The translations under genes and the position numbers were made by a program. Positions 1 through 7,700 of a stretch of DNA of 21,222 nucleotides are shown here, piece after piece (the first letter of the stretch is position 1; every line of letters begins with the position of its first letter). Below the pieces are notes generated by a model. It saw nothing but the letters and a program-made list of their open reading frames with translations. It was not told the origin of the DNA and did no database searches. Origin of the DNA: Candidatus Vampirococcus lugosii (lineage in GTDB: Bacteria > Patescibacteriota > Gracilibacteria > Absconditabacterales > Absconditicoccaceae); contig NZ_JAEDAM010000010.1 of NCBI RefSeq assembly GCF_018420025.1, forward strand, positions 1-21,222. Direction: 5' to 3'.

Positions 1-72
1 GATCTTAAATATTAAAGCTGTAATTGCAGTTAATATTATAAGAATAGGTGTAAAAGTTAATAAATGATACAT
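1..72 (-). CDS. Possible 5' end of a membrane-protein gene running off the left edge (partial)
   Basis: The reverse complement of 72..1 starts with ATG (70-72 on plus) and reads MYHLLTFTPILIILTAITALIFKI. That is 24 codons without a stop, hydrophobic like a TM helix or signal anchor. It is too short to exclude chance in AT-rich DNA. Confidence 0.2.
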   Translation of the reverse strand, partial: MYHLLTFTPILIILTAITALIFKI

Positions 73-194
73 AAAAGAATTTTATATCAATAGATGCAAC
101 AAAATCTCCAATTGATATAAAAAATTATATAAATACTCTTATATAAAAAATTATTATAATATTTTTAAGATTTGTTTTTAAGTATAAATAATAT

Positions 195-214
195 AATTTT
201 TCTAATCTTCTGCA
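195..214. repeat. Left terminal inverted repeat of the IS remnant
   Basis: aatttttctaatcttctgca is the reverse complement of 980-999 (tgcagaagattagaacaatt) with one mismatch (199 vs 995). The 15-bp perfect core is ttctaatcttctgca. Confidence 0.65.
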
Positions 215-306
215 GTAAAAAGATAAAAAAAGTTTGAAAAGTTAATTAAGAACTAATAAAAACAATAAATCAAAAAGGTGGAATTATTGGAAATTTATGA
301 AAAAAT

Positions 307-978
307 ATGTATAAAGGAAGCATTAAACTTAAGTTTAAATGCTTTATAGTATGTATGAGAAAAAATAGATATGTAAAAATTAAGTGAAAAACAGTATGGA
401 TAGAGAACTCAATTAGTTATTTGAGAAGCTTGAAAAAGGAGGTAGAGATAAGTCTGAAAGGAGGCAAGAAAATGAGAGGAAAACTTTACTATTGAATGGT
501 AAAGATATTTGACTCAAACACTAAGAGAAAATATTATTTGGTGGTGATAAAAAATAATAAATGACAAAGAATGTTTCTTACAAACAAAAAAGTATGAAAT
601 GCAAAAGAAGCTATGGAAGTAATAAAAGTATATAGTTATAGATGGTTAATAGAAGAAACATATAAATATTTAAAACAAGAATATAATTTAGAGAAAATAC
701 ATTTAAGAAGTGAAGTTGAAAGACTAAATAATTATTATAATATATTACTATCATCAATATGATTAGCTATGGTATGATTGGAAATAGTATGAGCTCAGGT
801 TAAAGAAATGATATTAGAATTAAGGAAAGAAGATTGTATGTGATATAAACTAAAAAATATAATGTATGCCTGGTTAGAAGTAGTTGAATATATATTACAT
901 AATTGAAAATTTTTCCGAAATAGAAATCAAAGAAATTACCTACAGAATCAACAAAATTCACTCTTTTCTTTAATTTAG
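307..978 (+). pseudogene. DDE transposase fragment, C-terminal part only, IS4-like Y-x2-R-x3-E-x6-K signature
   Basis: Frame 1 is open from 250 to TAG 976-978 when TGA is sense; the first ATG is at 307. The translation contains ...KYYLVVIKNNKGQRMFLTNKKVGNAKEAMEVIKVYSYRWLIEETYKYLKQEYNLEKIHLRS... The segment YSYRWLIEETYKYLK fits the IS4-family YREK motif exactly, preceded by the typical LTN segment. The two N-terminal catalytic Asp regions are absent, so the gene is truncated. Confidence 0.6.
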
Positions 979-979
979 G

Positions 980-999
980 TGCAGAAGATTAGAACAATT
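980..999. repeat. Right terminal inverted repeat of the IS remnant
   Basis: Reverse complement of 195-214 (19/20), lying immediately after the transposase stop codon. Confidence 0.65.
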
Positions 1000-1153
1000 T
1001 TAAATTGATTTTTAAGTTTATTTGGATTTTTTTTTTAAATTCTAATTCTTTTATTTTTTGTCATATAATATATATTTTTTTATAAAAAATGATTATAACT
1101 TTACAAGTCCTGATTAAATTCTAGGTTACACAAGACTTTTTAAAAAAAATTAA

Positions 1154-1204
1154 TTTATTTGATTTTTTTATACATATTAAATATAATTTTATTTGATTTT
1201 TTTA
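1154..1204. repeat. Two copies of a 17-bp direct repeat, tttatttgattttttta, spaced 34 bp
   Basis: Exact copies at 1154-1170 and 1188-1204. A degenerate third copy (tttatttggatttttttttt) lies at about 1017-1036. All sit in the region between the IS remnant and the giant gene. Confidence 0.6.
1159..1187 (+). promoter_or_regulatory. Candidate sigma70-type promoter (TTGATT-17 nt-TATAAT)
   Basis: TTGATT at 1159-1164, a 17-nt spacer, then TATAAT at 1182-1187, about 80 nt upstream of the giant-gene start. The -35 lies inside copy 1 of the 17-bp repeat. AT-rich background makes chance hits likely. Confidence 0.3.
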
Positions 1205-1221
1205 CTAATAATTCTTATAAT
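1193..1221 (+). promoter_or_regulatory. Second candidate sigma70-type promoter (TTGATT-17 nt-TATAAT)
   Basis: TTGATT at 1193-1198, a 17-nt spacer, then TATAAT at 1216-1221. The -35 lies inside copy 2 of the 17-bp repeat, about 45 nt upstream of ATG 1266. Confidence 0.3.
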
Positions 1222-1265
1222 TAAAATTGATTAATATTTATTTTGTATTTTTAAGAAAAATTTTG

Positions 1266-1775
1266 ATGTTTAAACATATGGAAAAAAATAATAATGAAAT
1301 TAAAAAAAGAATATTTGTATTTTTATTTTTAATTATATATTTGTCATCTTTTTTGTTAAATAATTTTATATTTTTTTTGTGGTGAAATGTTTCTGCTTAT
1401 ACTCCCAAAGATACTAATAATAATTTAGTTGCTGTTTTGGTCGATTCAGATATTTATAATTGATGAGTGTGAAACGATATTAAACGGTATGCTCAAAATT
1501 ATATTCAATGATCTATTTCGGATAGTAAAGCTATAATAATTCCTGTTAATATTGATAATTTTACTGCTCCTGATATTGTAAAAATATTGCAAAATTTGTA
1601 TTTTGAATGACAAAAAGATGCACCTTCATCTTTGATATGAACAATTTTAATATGAGATATACCTTTACCTGTAGTTAATAATAATAAATTTATTTATCCT
1701 AATATTTTCCCTTATGTGAATTTTGAAAAAAATAAATATGTATATGATAATAATACTTGATTTTTTTGTAAATAA
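1266..1775 (+). CDS. N-terminal segment of the giant surface protein (signal anchor plus start of an alpha/beta domain), ending in a frameshift-induced stop
   Basis: The frame with position mod 3 = 0 runs ATG 1266 (alternative ATG 1278) to TAA 1773-1775 with TGA as Gly. It reads MFKHMEKNNNEIKKRIFVFLFLIIYLSSFLLNNFIFFLWGNVSAYTPKDTNNNLVAVLVDSDIY...LIGTILIGDIPLPVV...YVYDNNTGFFCK*. The basic N-terminus followed by a hydrophobic stretch of about 22 residues indicates a signal anchor. Confidence 0.7.
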
Positions 1776-4700
1776 TTGAAATAAAAGTTCTACTCCTGAT
1801 ATTTGGCATTGATTAATAAGATTTGATTCAAATAGTGAATATTCAGATTTCTTTAATAAATTAAAAAATTATTCATCTGATCCAGAATCTTATGTAGATA
1901 AGAAATTTTGGTTTGAAGATTTTGTAATGTTGCAAGATTATTTTAATGATCATAATCTTTCATATTATCTTAATAATTTTATTTTTATGGAAGATTTGAT
2001 ATATAACAGATATACAAATTTATTATTAGAGGTCTTACAATGAGGTTATATAAATAATCTTACTAAAAAAATAAATGATTTTGATTCTTGAATTGATGAT
2101 TTGAGACAGAGAGCAAATCAAAATATGGAATGAAAATGAGAAACTTTTAAAAATTTATCTGATGAATATTTTGATCAAGCTGAACATATATCTTCTTTTT
2201 TTGAAGAGGAAGAAGTAGCAAATGCAACAAAAGATTCATGATGAGTACCTACTTTGATGGTAAGAGAAAATGTAGAATCATTATTTAAGTCTTATAATGA
2301 AGTTTTTGGTCAAACATATTTTTCACAAATGAGAGATAATGTTTTAGCATCTTGAAGATGGGATACTGAAGATTTATGAAGTCATGTAGATAAAATATTT
2401 GTTCAAGATCAAACTTCTCAAGAATTCTTATATAGTATTAATGAATCATTGGAATCTGCTGTTGATGAACAAGTGGCAGAAGAAGAATATTATATGACTA
2501 TTCCTGTCCCTAGTTTTTATATAGAAGATGAATTTGAAGAAGATAAAAAAGAATTTGAAAATTTTTATTTTGGTAAAGCACTTACTGAAATAATTTCTGC
2601 TCAAGATTTTTCAATATTTAATTGAAAATTTGGTAATTATTCTATTGAAGATTTAGATTCTTATTCTTTACAAGATCGTGAAGAATACGAACATACTCAA
2701 TCTATTGGTTCTACAACTTGAATTTTGGATGCTCAAGTTATAGCAAGTAGATGATATAATTTGTCTATTGCACAAGAAGAATATGACCTTTATGAAAATA
2801 CAAAAAGATGATGAGAAAATGAACAAGAACGGGCAGAAAGACGATGGTGATGAGCATCTCCTCTAAATCTTGATTATGATCAATTTCCTGATTATATTCT
2901 AAAATCTTTTGATAGATATAATACTTGGAATCCATATTGGAATAGAAATATATGATGAACTATATATGATGTAGCTTGATCTATACAAATTGATGAAGAA
3001 GAGGAAGAAGCTTATTCATACTTATGATATCCTAAATATTCTACAAATGTAAGAGTTAAAGAAGATGATGAAGAAATAGAATATATAAAAAAATGAAATA
3101 CTAAAGTAAATAAAATAAAAGAATATTCTGAATTAGATTTTTTTAATGTTTATACAAAAAAACCTCAAGATTTTAATACAGAACATTTTCCTTTGCCTAA
3201 TATGATTCCTCCTAAAGAAATGATAATCGGTCTTCATAATGCTGAACAAGAATTTTTTGATTTTGAAAAATGATGAACAGAAATTGATTATATTGATCCT
3301 AGTACCGTAGTATGATCTTGAACTTATAGTGAATGATATTCAATTTGAACTTTTGAATGATTAAAAGATGCACATTGATGAAGTTCTAATTGTGTTGATA
3401 ATTCTTCTTGTCCTTATGTTTGAGATCATAGAGCTGATGAATTTAATGATTGATTTAATGATTGATACAATAAATGATTTGATTATATGAATTGATATTT
3501 GGATTGAGTTTCAGATTGAGAATCTGATATTTGATGAACAAAATATGATTCAAAAAATATTCCTGATTGAGCTTCTTCTGATTATGTTCTATGATATGAA
3601 GAATGATATGAAGATTGATATCATGATTGACTTTTGAAAAAATTTAATTCTGAATGGGATGATGTAAAAAATGAACATGATTGAGTGTTTGATCCATTTA
3701 TGTTTGGTATGTCAGATGAATTTGATATTAATGTTTTGGGTTTGCCAGATCCTGATATGATGGATATTTATAATTATTTTTATGATACTATAGAAACTAG
3801 AGTTTATAATAAATCTGTAACTAAAGAAAATCTTTTGTTAAAAACTCTTACTACAGTAAATAGAGCAATTGATAGTTTTAGAAATATGACATTTAAATGA
3901 GTTTGATGAGATGTAGTAGAATTTTTCTATCCAAATGTTTTTGAAACAGAATTATATAATGATTTATGAGATACTTTGGAACTTAAAGATTATGATTCTA
4001 TAAAACCTGCTGTTGAATGATATTTAAAATGAAAAGTAGATGAGTATAATGATATATTAAATGAAAATTGGGATAATAGATTATTTGAATATTCTTCAAA
4101 TATGATGGCTTATGATTTGCTTCATCAATATGATCCTATGGCTATGCCACTTTATCATGATTATGAATGAATGTGAACAACTCCACAAGCATGTCATTTT
4201 TTTGATGATGATTATGAATATGTAATTTGGCAAATTTCTGAATATGATGAATCTTATATAAGAAATGATATGTTAGATCTATTAGCATGAGATGTTAATT
4301 ATTTTAATACTTACCCTAATAGAAGTTGAGATTGAACGACTCATCCTGATGATATTGATGAGCGACCTATAGAAGATGTTGTTGAATATATACTTGATAA
4401 TTTTAGTTTTAAAATTGATTATTTAAAATATCATTATGCATCTACTTATCCATGAAGAGTTGCTTGACAACTATCAAGTGATTTAAATTATTATAATCAA
4501 TCTGGTTGTTATACAGAACATAAATATGAATTATTTGAAGAAGATCATTTTATAGATACATTATGAGATGAAAATATACAAAGAATAGTTGATAATTTAT
4601 ATTATATTAATATGTGATGGTCAACTAGAACTAAACAAGATAATGTACTTGATAATTTTGATCAAATAAAAAAAGATTTTAATATTGATGAAAAAATAGA

Positions 4701-7700
4701 ATATATATTAGATATGCATTTGGAAAATGATGCAAATGATGATATTGTCTCAAATCCTAATTATTGACAAAATGGTTATGAAGTATGATTTATATCTTCA
4801 AATTGAGCTGATAGTGTTTATTTATGAGCAGATGATGAATGATATTGAACTTCATTACCAGATGATCTTAAAGATTTACAAAATGCTATTTCTTCATGAA
4901 AATCTTGATCTTCAGGTGAAGATTGATTTGATGATTTTAATATAGAAAGTAATTTATCTACTATGCTTTGATATTCAGAACTTGAAGAACAGTGTTGAGT
5001 TCCACCTGGTTGAGCAGTAGATCTTTGGGAATGGCCATCTGCTTTTACATGTTGGTTAAATGAAACATTATCCAAACCTGTTTCAATAGAGTTTTCAAAT
5101 TCTTGTACTATGGGACCTAGTTTTGAAGATTTATGAGAAACTTATGATACTGATTTTTATTCTTCATCTTGATCTGATTGAGATTTTAGTAGTGATGAAG
5201 ATGATTGAGATGATAAAAGTTTTGCTGATAATAGTATTTATTGAAATTCTTGATGAAAACTTTCAAATATAGAAATTGAAACTCCAACTGATACTTTAAT
5301 TAAATGATGACAATTACCTATACAATTAAATGCTTTTGATGAAGATACTAGACCAATGTGAATGACAGTTCCAACTTATACTTTGTCAATTCAAGATGAT
5401 GAATGAAATGTGCTATGAAATTTTTTGGCTTGATGAAATTCTTTTGAAAAAATAAATGTAAGTAATTTTAATTCTTATTATTTATTTGATAGTTCAGATA
5501 TTCCTGATAATTTAGATTCTGTAAATATAGTTTTGGAAATTGATCCTTTTTATGAAAATTTTGATTATCCTCAAAAGATTGAAAAAACTATAAGTCTTCA
5601 ATGAGTTTCTTGACCTAGTTTGGAAGATATAGAATATACTTTACCTAACTCTTTAGATGAAATTTATAATCAAAATGATTCTTGAAAACCTATTCCTATA
5701 GAATCAAAACTTATTCCATATTCAATAAATATATGATCTAGTATTTCTTCTCCAGTTACTGTTTATTCAAAAGATAAAACACTTTTGGCTTGAGAAATAA
5801 AATCTAATTGAGAATTTGAATTTAAAGAAAATTTTGTTATGGAAAATTGACAATTAGATTTTTATCTTCATCCAAGTTTTAAAGCTTGAGAAGATATTTT
5901 GATAGTAGATATTCCTTGAATTTGAGAATTAAATGCTAATATTTTGATAAATCCAGCTTCTATATATTCTTTGAATTTAAGTGTTGAAAATCCTTCTGTA
6001 GATGCATGAGATATTAATATTTGAAAAGTTGTATGAAAAGACTATTGGTGAAATGATGTAAAAAATTGAGGTAATATATTAGTTGAAGTAAGTTGAAATG
6101 CTACAATTCAATGAAATAAATCTACTACCGTTAATTCATGACAAAATTTTCAAATTAATACTGATAAACCTGGTGGTAAAGTTTATCTTACTGCCAAAAT
6201 AGATTGAAAAGATTTGGAAACTTATATTCCTGATTATATATCTTTTTTGGTTAAAGATACTACTTGGTGGGAAGAATGAAAAGATATTAATGTTATGTAT
6301 TTAAGTCTTTTTGGTTGAGATTGGGGAAATCAATGGGGATATTTTTCTGATAATAATAAATTTATGCAAAAAATGTTTTCTAGTTCTTCAAAAATGTTGG
6401 CTTCTACAACTATGCTTGTTGATCCTGAAAATATTAAGAAATTTAAATATATAGTATATCCAGATCTTAGTATAAATAATGTTTGAAATTATAAAAATAA
6501 TATTTCTATAGATAATTGAAATATTTATGCTAATTTATATCATAGAAATTGAAATATTTGAAAAATAAAATTATTATCTAATTCTGCTAATATACAAGTT
6601 TCAAGTGATTGATTTACTACATTTAGTTCAGATTGAATTTATTATGTTCCTGATAGTTTAGATTATAGAATTAATTTAAATGAATTTAATGATTGAACTC
6701 TTTTTATAAATAATGAAGAAGTTTTAAATTTACAAAATTGATTTATTCATAATGATTTGTCAATTTCTCTATCTGATAATTTTGAAAAATGAAAATCTTA
6801 TTGGGAAGTTAAATACAAAAATATAAATGTTTGAAAATTATTTTTTCATAAAAATTCTAATACTTATTCTTATTCTGATATAGAAAATTATGAATGACAA
6901 TTAATTACCGATATGTTTGTTTCTTGAAGTACTAATAGAAAATGATGAGTTTGAGTTTATGATCCAGATTCTAAGTTTTCTGAAACTAAATCTTATGATA
7001 GTATTGAACATTCAGATGATGAAAATAAAGATATTGGTACTAGAAATAATTTTGCTAATATTACAAGTTTTGCTAATTGAAATAATGTATGAGATGCAAG
7101 TAAACATTTTGCTTCTGAATTTGTAATTAATTTTGGTGATCCAGTATTATCAAGAATTGATAAAAATGATATTATTGATAATACAAATTACGATTCTTGA
7201 ATTTGAAAAAAAGTTTTTTCTGAAAGTAATGAAAGTATATTTAAAGTGTCAGATATAAATTATGATAGAAGTTGAAGAAAATGATTGGCAATTGCATATA
7301 GAAATTGAACAGTTAGATTATTAAAAAATTATGGTTGAGATGAACCTTTTGTTGATATGTGAGATCTTATAGTTCTTAGTGATTGAATAAAAGATTTTTA
7401 TGTATGAGATACTAATTGAAATTGATATGATGATATTATTGCCGTTACTAATAAAGATAGAATAAGAGTATTTGAAAATAATGATTGAATTATTCAAGCA
7501 AATTGAACTCCTGTTTGTTTAGATGTTCCTGGTTGACCAGAAGATTTTAGTATGGTAAATCAAATGTTTATTGAAGATATGAATTGAGATTGAACTGCTG
7601 ATATTGTTACAGTTGATAAAAATTGAGATATTAAAGCTTTTTATGATGGTTATCTTTCTGATTGAAAACTTTCTTGTCAAGATTGATGGCAAGATAATTT

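Larger units (their letters stand above)
195..999 (+). mobile_element. Defective (internally deleted) IS4-superfamily-like insertion sequence
   Basis: 20-bp terminal inverted repeats at 195-214 and 980-999 match 19/20. The transposase stop codon (976-978) abuts the right repeat. The enclosed ORF carries only the C-terminal third to half of a DDE transposase. The 805-bp length is too short for an autonomous IS4-type element. No clear target-site duplication was seen. Confidence 0.55.

Noticed and set aside
4818-5075. Minus-strand 85-aa ORF (and the similar minus-strand ORF at 9708..9938)
   Set aside because: Both lie antisense to the GC-richer islands of the giant gene, where antisense stop codons are depleted by composition. 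They have no start context or partner genes and are embedded in a continuous sense-strand ORF.
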